From positions 1,088,001 through 1,152,000 of the forward strand of contig OZ250183.1 of the NCBI GenBank assembly GCA_965238225.1: a DNA stretch of 64,000 bases. The letters are read 5' to 3'. Of this stretch, positions 10,443 to 23,900 are shown in pieces. The notes beneath the pieces were generated by a model, which saw only the letters and a list, made by a program, of their open reading frames with translations, did not search any database and had not been told where the DNA came from. Position 1 is the stretch's first letter; each line of letters begins with the position of its first letter. The translations under genes and the position numbers were made by a program. The stretch is from Gammaproteobacteria bacterium (GTDB lineage Bacteria; Pseudomonadota; Gammaproteobacteria; Eutrophobiales; Eutrophobiaceae).

Positions 10443-10655
10443 AAAAGGTCGGTCTCCGGACTCATGTGATACTAAAAAATATTAATTTTAGTAGCTTGAT
10501 CGCCTTCCCATGTTATGTATATCTTATAAACACAGTGGCAAAATGATCAAGCCTTTACTCATTTACCGTTGCGGGGGCAGTGTCGGAATCGCCTAAACGC
10601 TCACCGACTTCCCATTTAATTTTGTAGTAGAAAACTATCAAAAACCTAATGCAAT
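10443..10655 (-). ncRNA. Cobalamin riboswitch
   Basis: Minus strand reads AGGT...TTAAATGGGAAGTCGGTG...TTCCGACACTGCCCCCGCAACGGTAA...GCCACTG...GGGAAGGCG...GAGTCCGGAGACCGACC (B12 box), upstream of btuB. Confidence 0.93.
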
Positions 10656-10863
10656 TAGTGAGCAAAATATGGCATCCGTTCAGGATTGTCAACTTGACAT
10701 ATAAAAATGATGCAGAGACCAAAAAATCGCACTAGAGTTTATACTTCACATCCGCCGTTTGATAAAAATACGATAAATTTTTAGTTTAGTAATTAAGGTA
10801 TATCTTTGATTTGTATCATTAGAAGGTTAAGCAAAGTTATATTATAATTTGGCAAAGTTTTGC

Positions 10864-10996
10864 TTGAGGAGCACTGCGACGGCTTCTATTCCGCTAGGCT
10901 TAAACAATTAAATTTGGCAATGAAAATTGACAATAAAATTGGCAATAAAGCTTAAAACTGTGATCGCTTAGTTAAGGTCTAGGCAAGCGAGTTCTC
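10864..10996 (+). ncRNA. Probable SAH riboswitch
   Basis: TTGAGGAGCACTGCGACGG-loop-CCGCTAGGCTTAA resembles the GAGGAGCGCTGCRAC...CCAGGCTC core. A possible pseudoknot partner, CAAGCGAGTTCTC, lies at 10984-10996. It sits upstream of metH, a known SAH-riboswitch target. Confidence 0.7.
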
Positions 10997-11056
10997 ATCT
11001 GCACATCATTCCTTGCTTATTTGAAAACATATTACAAAAACAATATAGAATCAGGC

Positions 11057-14000
11057 ATGACGAACAGTACAGAAAAACTCAAACAGGCCTTACAATCACG
11101 TATCCTAGTGCTAGATGGCGCCATGGGCACCATGATTCAATCCTACAAATTAGAAGAAGCAGATTATCGCGGGGAACGGTTTTCTAATCATCCCTGTGAC
11201 CTCAAAGGTAATAATGACCTGCTCTCATTGACGCAGCCGGATATCATAAAAGCCATTCATGGCGCATATCTTGACGCTGGCGCTGATATTGTTGAAACCA
11301 ATACCTTCAACTCAACGTCGATCGCTATGCTCGATTACCAGCAACAAGATCTAGTTTACGAGCTAAATAAAACAGGTGCCTTGCTTGCTCAAGAAGCTGC
11401 AGAAGCCTATGAAGGATTTGTCGCTGGCGTGCTTGGCCCAACCAACCGCACCTGCTCAATCTCGCCAGATGTAAACAATCCAGGTTTTCGTAATGTTAGC
11501 TACACGGAACTGGTCGAGGCATATACCGAGGCCATTCGCGGGTTAATTGACGGCGGTTCTGATCTATTGCTGGTCGAAACCATCTTTGATACTCTAAACG
11601 CTAAAGCCGCGCTATTTGCCATCAATCAATATTTTGATGCGCATGATATTTCGCTACCAATCATGGTTTCTGGCACGATTACTGATGCTTCAGGACGCAC
11701 TCTCACAGGCCAGACAACAGAGGCCTTCTGGAACTCTGTAAGGCATTCAAATCCACTTTCAATTGGACTAAATTGTGCCTTAGGGCCCAATGATTTACGT
11801 CATTATATTGAAGAACTTTCTAGCTTTTCTCAAGCACTGATTAGCGCCCATCCAAACGCTGGTTTGCCCAATGAATTTGGGGAATACGACATGCAGGCAA
11901 AAGCCATGGCCGAGCATATCAAAGAGTGGGCTGAATCAGGCTTCTTAAACATCGTCGGCGGTTGTTGCGGCACAACGCCTGAGCACATTGCCGCCATAGC
12001 AAACGCTGTCTATGGAGTTAAGCCTAGGGATATTCCTGAAATCCCAACACATTTAAGACTGAGCGGACTGGAACCCTTTAATATTACTCCAGATGTAAAT
12101 TTTGTGAATATCGGCGAGCGCACCAATGTTGCGGGTTCCCCCTTGTTTTTACGTTTGGTCAAAGAGGAAGGGGATTTAGATGCAGCTTTGGACATTGCCA
12201 AACAACAGGTTGAAGACGGTGCGCAAATTATTGATGTCTGTATGGATGAAGGCATGCTCAACTCTGAGCAAATGATGGAAGATTTTCTTAAACTTATCGC
12301 CTCAGAACCAGATATTTGTCGCGTTCCTGTCATGATTGATTCTTCTAAATGGTCAGTCATTGAAGCGGGCTTGCGCTGCGTGCAGGGTAAATGCGTGGTG
12401 AATTCTATTAGCCTTAAGGAAGGTGAAGCAAAGTTTATAGAATACGCCAGACTCATCCGTCGCTATGGTGCGGCCGTGGTCGTTATGGCTTTTGATGAGG
12501 CGGGTCAAGCAGATACTACTGAACGTAGATTTAATTTATGCAAACGTTCCTATGATATTCTATTAAATAATGCCAACTTCCCACCAGAAGACATTATCTT
12601 TGATCCCAATATCCTAACGGTCGCAACCGGCATGAAGGAACATAATAATTATGCTGTGTCTTTCTTTGAGGCAACACGTTTGATCAAAGAACATTTGCCG
12701 CATGCATTAGTGAGCGGTGGCTTGAGTAATGTGTCGTTTTCTTTCCGCGGTAATAATCTAGTGCGTGAAGCCATGCACTCGGCATTTTTATATCACGGCA
12801 TTCAAGCTGGAATGGATATGGCGATTGTCAATGCTGGGCAGCTAGAAATTTATGACGAAATCCATAAAGAATTACTCGAGTACGTTGAAGATGTCTTGTT
12901 AAATAGACGAGATGATGCCACTGACCGTTTGGTTAAATTTGCAGGAAATGTTCATATATATATTTCCAGTGTTGTTCACTACCTCAAACCATATATTCCG
13001 GACAGTGTTAGCGTGTCGGACAAGTTAACACGGGAATTAGAAAAGGGAGTGGATTTAGAATGGCGTAAAGGCGATGTCCAGGCAAAACTGAGCCATGCCT
13101 TGGTAAAAGGTATTACAGAATTTATTGAAGAAGATACTGAAGAAGCCAGACAAGAAGCCATACAACAGGCAAAAAAATCTCTGCATGTAATAGAAGGCCC
13201 GTTGATGGTGGGCATGAATGTCGTAGGCGATCTATTTGGCGCAGGCAAAATGTTTCTGCCGCAGGTCGTAAAAAGCGCGCGCGTTATGAAAAAAGCCGTA
13301 GCCTATCTCCTGCCCTATATCGAAGCAGAAAAAGGCAGCGAAGAAATAAAAGGCAATGGCAAAATAATTATGGCCACAGTTAAAGGTGATGTGCATGACA
13401 TAGGCAAAAATATTGTTGGCGTCGTTTTGCAATGTAATAACTTCGAGGTTGTTGATCTCGGCGTTATGGTGCCTGCACAAACGATTCTTGATAAAGCCCG
13501 TGATCTTAATGCTGACATCATAGGATTAAGCGGATTAATCACGCCATCATTAGACGAGATGGTGCACGTTGCCAAAGAAATGCAACGACAGGATCTTACC
13601 CTGCCCTTAATGATTGGCGGCGCAACAACATCACGCGCCCATACTGCAGTCAAAATTGATTTAGCTTATAAACATCCAGTTATCCACGTCAAAGATGCCT
13701 CGCGCGCCGTTGGCATATCAACGCGTCTTTTAAATGTTGATATGAAAGAAGAACTATCCAAAGAGATTAAAAAAGATTACGACATTGTGCGAGAACGACA
13801 TGCTGGGAAACAGGCGAAAATCAATTGGCTAACCCTTGAAGACGCAAGAGCCAATCGCGTAGTGATAGATTGGCATCATTACACGCCACCAATACCAAAG
13901 AAATTAGGTATAGAGATTTTTACAGATTATTCGTTGGAGGAACTCGCAAAATATATCGACTGGACACCATTGTTCATTGCCTGGGAACTCGCAGGAAAAT

Positions 14001-14815
14001 TCCCGCGGATTTTAGACGATAAAATCGTTGGTAAAGAAGCAACAAAACTCCATGAAGATGCAAAGATGATGCTTGATAAAATCATCAAAGAGAAATGGTT
14101 TTCTGCAAAAGGTATTTATGGATTATTTTCTGCTAATTCTATTGGTCGCGACGATATTGAAATTTATAAAGACGAAAAAAGAGACGGGCTTTTGATATCT
14201 ATGCACAGCCTGCGTCAGCAAACACAAAAGCCGCCCGGTCAAGCCAATTTTGCGTTGGCTGACTTCATTGCACCGGAAGAAACACATGTAAAAGATTATA
14301 TTGGCGCATTTGCTGTCGCCACAGGCTTTGGCGTAGAAGAACGGATTAAACAATTTGAAAATGATCATGATGATTATAGTGCCATTATGCTTAAAGCTTT
14401 GGCAGACAGGCTTGCCGAGGCCTTTGCAGAAAGACTGCATCAGCGCATCCGTAAAGAATTCTGGGCTTATGATGCGAATGAGACATTGGAAAATGAGCAT
14501 CTTATTGCTGAAAAATACCAAGGTATTCGTCCCGCGCCGGGTTATCCGGCCTGTCCGGATCACACTGAAAAACTATTGATATGGAATTTGCTTAAAGTAG
14601 GAAAAAGTACAGGCATTACACTTACAGAAAGTTATGCCATGTATCCATCTGCCGCAATCAGCGGACTATATTTCTCGCATCCTGACTCCAGATATTTTGG
14701 ACTGGGGAAGATTAACAAGGATCAAGTAAAAGACTACGCAAGAAGGAAAGGGATTTCTATCCAAGAAATGGAGCGGTGGTTGGCACCTAATATAGGCTAT
14801 GACCCGGATACTTAA
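11057..14815 (+). CDS. metH: Cobalamin-dependent methionine synthase
   Basis: [28 protein letters not shown] and [12 protein letters not shown] motifs. ATG at 11057 is preferred over the TTG at 11021. Confidence 0.97.
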   Translation: MTNSTEKLKQALQSRILVLDGAMGTMIQSYKLEEADYRGERFSNHPCDLKGNNDLLSLTQPDIIKAIHGAYLDAGADIVETNTFNSTSIAMLDYQQQDLVYELNKTGALLAQEAAEAYEGFVAGVLGPTNRTCSISPDVNNPGFRNVSYTELVEAYTEAIRGLIDGGSDLLLVETIFDTLNAKAALFAINQYFDAHDISLPIMVSGTITDASGRTLTGQTTEAFWNSVRHSNPLSIGLNCALGPNDLRHYIEELSSFSQALISAHPNAGLPNEFGEYDMQAKAMAEHIKEWAESGFLNIVGGCCGTTPEHIAAIANAVYGVKPRDIPEIPTHLRLSGLEPFNITPDVNFVNIGERTNVAGSPLFLRLVKEEGDLDAALDIAKQQVEDGAQIIDVCMDEGMLNSEQMMEDFLKLIASEPDICRVPVMIDSSKWSVIEAGLRCVQGKCVVNSISLKEGEAKFIEYARLIRRYGAAVVVMAFDEAGQADTTERRFNLCKRSYDILLNNANFPPEDIIFDPNILTVATGMKEHNNYAVSFFEATRLIKEHLPHALVSGGLSNVSFSFRGNNLVREAMHSAFLYHGIQAGMDMAIVNAGQLEIYDEIHKELLEYVEDVLLNRRDDATDRLVKFAGNVHIYISSVVHYLKPYIPDSVSVSDKLTRELEKGVDLEWRKGDVQAKLSHALVKGITEFIEEDTEEARQEAIQQAKKSLHVIEGPLMVGMNVVGDLFGAGKMFLPQVVKSARVMKKAVAYLLPYIEAEKGSEEIKGNGKIIMATVKGDVHDIGKNIVGVVLQCNNFEVVDLGVMVPAQTILDKARDLNADIIGLSGLITPSLDEMVHVAKEMQRQDLTLPLMIGGATTSRAHTAVKIDLAYKHPVIHVKDASRAVGISTRLLNVDMKEELSKEIKKDYDIVRERHAGKQAKINWLTLEDARANRVVIDWHHYTPPIPKKLGIEIFTDYSLEELAKYIDWTPLFIAWELAGKFPRILDDKIVGKEATKLHEDAKMMLDKIIKEKWFSAKGIYGLFSANSIGRDDIEIYKDEKRDGLLISMHSLRQQTQKPPGQANFALADFIAPEETHVKDYIGAFAVATGFGVEERIKQFENDHDDYSAIMLKALADRLAEAFAERLHQRIRKEFWAYDANETLENEHLIAEKYQGIRPAPGYPACPDHTEKLLIWNLLKVGKSTGITLTESYAMYPSAAISGLYFSHPDSRYFGLGKINKDQVKDYARRKGISIQEMERWLAPNIGYDPDT

Positions 14816-14983
14816 TGCTCGCAAAAAATTTATAAAGCGAAATTTAACTTCGTTAAAAAATATTTTCTAGCTATTTCTGTCAGCTCATCTCTATAAACTG
14901 CACGCAGAAAGATTCATAAAAAATTTCTTAAGTTTCAATTTTTATGGTTTTTGTTGCTGTCAAGTCAATATTAAGTCTTAAAG

Positions 14984-17900
14984 CTAAAACTCAAGACCAA
15001 GTTCCAAGTCAAAACTGTCTAGATGTCCTGAATCTATGGCTTCGGTGCGCTCGTAACCTGCTGAGACATAAGCACCATTTTGAGATTTGTACTCAAGGCC
15101 TGCACCAAACTTCAAGTTATGCGTTGCCTTGTCTTCTGTGGTAATGGTGTACTTTGTATTGGGTACGTCCAGATAATAAAGCTCAGCAGTAGAACTAAGG
15201 CTGATATCGACACCATATTCAATGACGCCATAAGGCCTTAGTGTGCCTTTATTTAAGCGTATGAGGTAATCCACATCAAGCCCTGTGTATAAAATCATAT
15301 TATTGATGGTTTGACGATCATAAGCGAGCGCACCGAAGCCAGATTCCGCATAGTCACTCAATCGGGTATAGGAGGCATTCACCCTGCCGTAGGGAGAGAA
15401 TTTCATGGCTTGTTTTTTGAAGTTACCCCTGAAGGTTAAGGATGCAAATATTTGATTTATATCACGTTTACCTTCGATTAATGCATTGTTGTTACTCAGA
15501 TATCTTTGGATATTGGCATCAATGCGGCTTATACCTACAAGGCCTTCAATGGTGGTGTTATTGTCTCGCTCAAAGGCACTGTAGACCGAAAAACTATAGG
15601 CATCTGACTCTATGTTGGTGGTATCAATATCGTTATCAGCAACGCCCAAGCTTACAGCAACACCGAAGAGGTACTTACGATTGTCCAAGTATCTGTCTAA
15701 GCCAAAAGAGATGCTTCGTGTAAAGATATCTTGTGCATCAAGATTGCCTAGGGTGATGTTACCTGCTGACCAGATTGCCCAAGTATCACTGATACTGCCT
15801 GTGGGGTTTAGGGCAACCAGATTACCGAAGATATCTTGTTTTAGTTTGGCAAATTCATTCGCAGCGCGATCGGCGATCTCTTGTTTGAGCGTATCAAACA
15901 TGGATGTGCCATTGTTATCGTTATTGTAGGCGAGTGTCTTTGCCATACCTGCAAGACGTTCTTGAGTGAACTGATTATTTTCTCTTACCTGTGTATTAAA
16001 GAACTTGTTGAATATTTGATCAGCAAAGCCAATCCTGATGCCTTGATAGGATAGATTGTTACTTCCCCGGTTATGACGTAACCAGGTCATGCGTGCAGCA
16101 ATAGCGTTTGTTGAGGCAGCAGTCCATGCGCTTGCAGTAGCAGCTTGGGTTTTAATGCTGCTCATGGCGCTTGCAGTAGCAGCTGGATTAGAAGCGGATG
16201 TGATAGCTGATGTAGTAAAGACAATAACATCCTCACCATTGTAAGCATTACCTGCAAGGTCAGTAAATAATTCTATTGGGATGGTGATCGTATAGCGTGC
16301 ATTAGCAAGCAAGTCCTCGCTTGGATTAATGGTGATTTGATTACTGCCCTCGCCCGTAACTTCTGTGCTCGTATTTGTCACAGAAATGGTTTGCGTACTG
16401 CTTATTTCAATGTTGTTTTGTGTAGCAGAGCCTGTAATCGTGATATTACCAGAACCTATTGTCATCGCTTCACTAAAGGTCAGGACAATATTGTTATCTA
16501 CAGAAATCCCCGTTACACCATTTGCAGGTATGGATGATACAAGTTCCGGGAAAGTAGCATCAGGGGTTACTGTCAAGCTTGCTGTTGATGTTGTTAAAAC
16601 ATTAGTTGAGCTATCTAGCACAAATAATTTATAAGTACCTGTGGCGCGGGGCGCATAAATGGAGGCGGCATCACCTGCAGCTTGGGTCATAGTGGCACTT
16701 TCAACAAAGCTCACCGTAACTTCCGGTGCAAACCAGATGCTATTATTCTTATCGCCTGAGCTTACAATGGTAACTGGCTGTCCAGATGTAGTGCTTACAC
16801 TGTCAACAAACACTGTGGTACTCGTACTGCTTTTTGCAGCTGGAGATTTTTTAGCTGATACAGATGATGTACCTGCAGTGTCACCTGTTACAACAATGCT
16901 TCCACCAGAGGTGGGCTCGCTAACTACCGTGTTGCCTGCTAGGTCTGTGCCTTGGCTCAATCTAAATTTTTGTGTGCCGGAACGACTGCCTACGCTCCAT
17001 ATATAGTAATAGGTTCTTGCATTACTTGGCTCCCTTAGCATGTTCGTTGCATTGATGGTTTGTACACCACTGCCAGAAATCTGCATAGCAGGCGTAGCTG
17101 CTATGTCCTCATTGAAGGTGACAGTGATAAAGACTCTATTCCCAGATTCTACTTCTGTAACCGAATCATTTCCTGTAGATGAAAGGGAATATCTGAGCTG
17201 TGCTGTAGGTCGTGTGATATCTACTGCTGCTACTGTTGTAATGTTAGTGGTGGTACCAGCATAGGCATTACCTGCAACATCTCCAAAGACTGTTGCTGGG
17301 ATGGTGATTTCATAGTTTGTATCTGAAAGTAAGTCGTCTGTTGGGTTAATGGTGATGGTAGAAGTACCTTCGCCTGTTACCTGTGTGCTTGTTATAGGAA
17401 TATTTATAGCAGTACCACCTTGAGGTGCTAGGGTAATATTGCCTATGTATGCTGTGGTAATTTCTTCATTAAAGGTCAGCACAATATTACTGTCTAATGG
17501 AACATTAGTTGCATTATTTGCAGGTGTAAAGGATGTTAATGTCGGAGCTGTGGTATCTACTGTAAGCTCGTTTGATGTAGTGTCTGTGCTTACATTGCCT
17601 GCTGTGTCTGTGACTGTTGCAGTGATGTCGTAAGTAGCATCAGCAAGTGTATTGGCTGTAAAAGACCATGTGCCATCTGTAGCAACAGTAGGTGTATAGG
17701 TTTCATCATTTAAGGCAACAGAGAGTGTCTCACCTGTAAGAAGTGCGCTACCTGTGCCTGTTGTGCCTGTGATTCGTGTTGTTGGGTCATTGCTGGTCTA
17801 GTGCATTGACTGTAGGGGTAGCAGGGGCTGTGTTGTCCACGGTAAGCTCGTTTGATGTAGTGTCTGTGCTTACATTGCCTGCTGTGTCTGTGACTGTTGC

Positions 17901-20900
17901 AGTGATGTCGTAAGTACCATCAGCAAGTGTATTGGTTGTAAAAGACCATGTACCATCTGTGGCAATAGTAGGTGTATAGGTTTCACCATTATTTAAGGCA
18001 ACAGAGAGTGTCTCACCTGTAAGAAGTGCGCTACCTGTGCCTGTTGTGCCTGTGATGACAGGTGTGCTGTTGTCATTGCTGGTTAGTGTATTGACTGTAG
18101 GGGTAGCAGGGGCTGTGTTGTCCACGGTAAGCTCGTTTGATGTAGTGTCTGTGCTTACATTGCCTGCTGTATCAGTGACTGTTGCAGTGATGTCGTAAGT
18201 GCCATCAGCAAGTGTATTGGCTGTAAAAGACCATGTACCATCTGTGGCAATAGTAGGTGTATAGGTTTCACCATTAAAGGCTACAGAGAGTGTCTCACCT
18301 GTAAGAAGTGCGCTACCTGTGCCTGTTGTGCCTGTGATTCCTGTCATTGCTGGTCTGTGTATTGACTGTAGGGGTAGCAGGGGCTGTGTTTCCACGGTAA
18401 GCTCGTTTGATGTGCTGTGCTTACATTGCCTGCTGTATCTGTGACTGTTGCAGGATAGGTGCTCGTAAGTACCATCAGCAAGTAAGATTGGTTGTAAAAG
18501 TCCATGTACCATCTGTGGCAATAGTAGGTGTATAAGTTGTACCATCTAACACTACAGAGAGTGTCTCACCTGTAAGAAGTGCGCTACCTGTGCCTGTTGT
18601 GCCTGTGATTCGTGTTGTTGGGTCATTGCTGGTCTAGTGTATTGACTGTAGGGGTAGCAGGGGCTGTGTTGTCCACGGTAAGCTCGTTTGATGTAGTATC
18701 TGTGCTTACATTGCCTGCTGTGTCTGTGACTGTTGCAGTGATGTCGTAAGTAGTGCATCATCAAGTGCATTGCATTACTTACTGTAAAGTGCCATGTACC
18801 ATCTGTGGCAATAGTAGGTGTATGTATAAGGACAACAGAGAGTGTCTCACCTGAGAAGTGCTACCTGTACCTGTTACTGACAGGTGTGCTGTTGTTGCTG
18901 CTGTGATTTGTTGTTATTGCTGGTCTGTGTATTGACTGTAGGGGTAGCAGGGGCTGTGTTGTCCACGGTAAGCTCGTTTGATGTAGTATCTGTGCTTACA
19001 TTGCCTGCTGTGTCTGTGACTGTTGCAGTGATGTCGGTGCATCATCAAGTGCATTAGTACTTACTGTAAAAGACCATGTACCATCTGTGGCAATAGTAGG
19101 TGTATAAGTTTCACCATTATTTAAGGCTACAGAGAGTGTCTCACCTGTAAGAAGTGCGCTACCTGTGCCTGTTGTGCCTGTGATTTCAGGGGTTGTGTCA
19201 TTGCTGGTTAGTGTATTGACTGTAGGGGTAGCAGGGGCTGTGTTGTCTACGGTAATAGTGGTAGATGTAGGTTCTATTACATTGCCTGCTAAGTTTGTAC
19301 CTTGGCTTAGTGTAAATATTTGTGTGCCATCGCCCGTGCCTACTGTCCATCTATAGGTGTAGGTTGTTGCATTGAATCTTGTCATGTTGGTGGCAGCAAT
19401 GGGATTTACGCCAGTACCTGTAATTTGCATGGCAGGCGTATCTGCTATGTCCTCACTGAATTTAGCATGGACGATGACGGTATCCCCTGCTTTTACTGCA
19501 GGTATACGATAATTAGCTCCTATACGATAACTCATGCCGTTTACTCTTAGCCAAGAACGGACATCGGCTGTGGGGGCTGTGTTGTCTGCTGCTACTGTTG
19601 TAATGTTAGTGGTGGTACCAGCATAGGCATTACCTGCAACATCTCCAAAGACTGTTGCTGGGATGGTGATTTCATAGCTTGTACCTGAAAGTAAGTCGTC
19701 TGTTGGGTTAAGGGTGATGGTAGAAGTACCTTCGCCTGTTACCTGTGTGCTTGTTACAGGAATATTTATAGCAGTACCACCTTGAGGTGCTAGGGTAATA
19801 TTGCCTGTGCCTATGGTAATTTCTTCATTAAAGGTCAGCACAATATTACTGTCTAATGGAACATTAGTTGCATTATTTGCAGGTGTAAAGGATGTTAATG
19901 TCGGAGCTGTGTTGTCTACGGTAATAGTGGTAGATGCAGTGTCTGTACTTACATTGCCTGTTGTATCAGTGACTGTTGCAGTGATGTCGTAAGTACCATC
20001 AGCAAGTGTATTTGCTGTAAAGTGCCATGTGCCATCTGTAGCAACAGTGGGTGTGTAGGTTTCATCATTTAAGGCAACAGAGAGTGTCTCACCTGTAAGA
20101 AGTGCGCTACCTGTGCCTGTTGTGCCTGTGATGACAGGTGTTGCTGTCATTGCTGGTTAGTGTATTGACTGTAGGGGTAACAGGGGCTGTGTTGTCTACG
20201 GTAATAGTGGTAGATGTAGGTTCTATTACATTGCCTGCTAAGTCTGTACCTTGGCTTAGTGTAAATGTTTGTGTGCCATCGCCCGTGCCTACTGTCCATC
20301 TATAGGTGTAGGTTGTTGCATTGAATCTTGTCATGTTGGTGGCAGCAATGGGATTTACGCCAGTACCTGTAATTTGCATGGCAGGCGTATCTGCTATGTC
20401 CTCACTGAATCTAGCATGGACGATGACGGCATCCCCTGCTTTTACTGCAGGTATACGATAATTAGCTCCTATACGATAACTAATGCCGTTTACTCTTAGC
20501 CAAGAACGGACATCGGCTGTAGGGGCTGTGTTGTCTGCTGCTACTGTTGTAATGTTAGTGGTGGTACCAACATAGGCATTACCTGCAACATCTCTAAAGA
20601 CTGTTGCTGGGATGATGATTTCATAGCTTGTACCTGAAAGTAAGTCGTCTGTTGGGTTAAGGGTGACTTGAGTCATAGGCTCTGTGCGTATTCCTACAAG
20701 AAAAGGCTCTAATTGATGATCGTCATCGTTCCTGACATCAATTTCAACCACAGTGCCTGTGCTAGGGGTTAAGGTGATGTTGCTGCCGCCAGAACCTACG
20801 GCGATTGGTTCATCAAAGGTCAGGACAATATCGCTGCCTATAGAAACACCTGCTGCATTACGGGCAGGTGAGGAAGATATTAATTTCGGGGCTGTATTAT

Positions 20901-23900
20901 CCACTATAATTGTGGCTCCATGTGTGGGCTCACTCACGACTAGATTGCCTGCTAAGTCCCTGCCCCCGCTTAGTGTAAATGTTCGTGTGCCCTCACCAGG
21001 GCTGACCCGCCAGCCAAAAGAATAGAGTACTACTACTACTACTAACATTGGGGTCAGGGAAAACAGGCGACATCTCGATAAGTGTGCCTTGGATTTCTAC
21101 AATAGGGCTAACTATGGTAGGGCTATCTTCTATCTCCTCACTAAACCTAACAGTGGTAAGTATGAGAGTCCCTGTTTTTACTCGAGTCAATTCATTGCCA
21201 CTGTTGATATAGGAGTTTTCCGGAACAGACGCTCCGTTATGATGAAAAAGTTCTGCTGTAGGGGCTGTGGTATCTACTACTACTGTTGTAATGTTAGTGG
21301 TGGTACCAACATAGGCATTACCTATAACATCTCCAAAGACTGTTGCTGGGATGGTGATTTCATAGTTTGTACCTGAAAGTAAGTCGTCTGTTGGGTTAAG
21401 GGTGATGGTAGAAGTACCTTCGCCTGTTACCTGTGTGCTTGTTACAGGAATATTTATAGCAGTACCACCTTGAGGTGTTAGGGTAATATTGCCTGTGCCT
21501 ATGGTAATTTCTTCATTAAAGGTCAGCACAATATTACTGTCTAATGGAACATTAGTTGCATTATTTGCAGGTGTGAAGGATGTTAATGTCGGAGCTGTGG
21601 TATCTACTGTAAGCTCGTTTGATGTAGTGTCTGTACTTACATAGCCTGCTGCATCAGTGACTGTTGCAGTGATGTTGTAAGTGCCATCAGCAAGTGTATT
21701 GGCTGTAAAAGACCATGTGCCATCTGTAGCAACAATAGGTGTATAGGTTTCACCATTTAAGGCAACAGAGAGTGTCTTATCTATAAAGACTAGCGTATCT
21801 ATAAGGAGTGCGCTACCTGTGATTTGTGGTCTTGGGTCATTGCTTGTCTGTGTATTAACCGTGGGTGTGGCATCTATTATAAGCTCGTTTGATGTAGTAT
21901 CTGTACTTACATAGCCTGCTGCATCAGTGAATGTTGCAGTGATGTCGTAAGTACCATCAGCAAGTGCATTTGCTGTAAAGTGCCATGTGCCATCTGTAGC
22001 AACAATAGGTCTATAGGTTCTAAAATTTAAGACAACAAAGAGTGTCTCACCTGTAAGAAGTGCGTTACCTATGCCTGTTGTGCCTGTGATTTGTGCCCTT
22101 GGGTCATTGCTGGTTAGTGTATTGACTGTAGGGGTAACAGGGGCTGGGTTGTCTACGGTAATGGTGGTAGATGTAGGTTCTATTACATTGCCTGCTAAGT
22201 CTGTGCCTTGGCTTAGTGTAAATGTTTGTGTGCCATCGCCTGTGCCTGGTGTCCATCTATAGGTGTAGGTTGTTGCATTGAATTTTGTCATGTTGGTGGC
22301 AGCAATGGGATTTACGCCAGTACCTGTAATTTGCATGGCAGGCGTATCTGCTATGGGTTCGCTGAATCTAGTATGGACGATGACGGCATCCCCTGCTTTT
22401 ACTGCAGGTATACGATAATTAGCTCCTATACGATAACTCACGCCGTTTACTCTTAGCCAAGAACGGACATCGGCTGTAGGGGCTGTGTTGTCTACGGTCA
22501 GCTCGTTTGATGTAGTGTCTGTGCTGACATTGCCTGCTGTGTCTGTGACTGTTGCAGTGATGTCGTAAGTGTCATCAGCAAGTGGTGTATTGGCTGTAAA
22601 GTGCCATGTGCCATCTGTAGCAACAGTGGGTGTATGGGTTTCACCATTTAAGGCAACAGAGAGTGTCTCACCTGTAAGAAGTGAGTTACCTATACCTATT
22701 GTGCCTGTGATTCGTGTTGTTGGGTCATTGCTGGTTAGTGTATTGACTGTGGGGGTAACAGGGGCTGTGTTGTCTACGGTAATGGCAGTAGATGTAGGTT
22801 CTATTACATTGCCTGCTAAGTCTGTGCCTTGGCTTAGTGTGAATGTTTGTGTGCCATCACCTGTGCCTACTGTCAATCTATGGATGTAGATTGTTGCATT
22901 AATTTTTGTCATGTTGGTGGCAGTAATGGGATTTACGCCAGTACCTGTAATTTGCATGGCAGGCGTATCTGCTATGGGTTCGCTGAATCTAGCATGGACG
23001 ATGACGGTATCCCCTGCTTTTACTGCAGGTATACGATAATTAGCTCCTATACGATAACTCATGCCGTTTACTCTTAGCCAAGAACGGACATCGGCTGTGG
23101 GGGCTGTGTTGTCTACTACTACTGTTGTAATGTTAGTGGTGGTACCAGCATAGGCATTACCTGCAACATCTCTAAAGACTGTTGCTGGGATGATGATTTC
23201 ATAGCTTGTACCTGAAAGTAAGTCGTCTGTTGGGTTAAGGGTGACTTGAGTCATAGGCTCTGTGCGTATTCCTACAAGAAAAGGCTCTAATTGATGATCG
23301 TCATCGTTCCTGACATCAATTTCAACCACAGTGCCTGTGCTAGGGGTTAAGGTGATGTTGCTGCCGCCAGAACCTACGGCGATTGGTTCATCAAAGGTCA
23401 GGACAATATCGCTGCCTATAGGAACACCTGCTGCATTACGGGCAGGTGAGGAAGATATTAATTTCGGGGCTGTATTATCCACTATAATTGTGGCTCCATG
23501 TGTGGGCTCACTCACGACTAGATTGCCTGCTAAGTCCCTGCCCCCTCTTAGTGTAAATGTTCGTGTGCCCTCACCAGGGCTGACCCGCCAGCCAAAAGAA
23601 TAGAGTCTCCTACTACTACTAACATTGGGGTCAGGGAAAACAGGCGACATCTCGATAAGTGTGCCTTGGATTTCTACAATAGGGCTATCTTCTATCTCCT
23701 CACTAAACCTAACAGTGGTAAGTATGAGAGTCCCTGTTTTTACTCGAGTCAATTCATTGCCACTGTTGATATAGGAGTTTCCCGGAACAGACGCTCCGTT
23801 ATGATGAAAAAGTTCTGCTGTAGGGGCTGTGGTATCTACTACTACTACTGTTGTAATGTTAGTGGTGGTACCAACATAGGCATAACCTATAACATCTCTA

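Noticed and set aside
14816-14983. att duplication of the tRNA-Ser 3' end bounding an island
   Set aside because: No copy of the tRNA end was found here.
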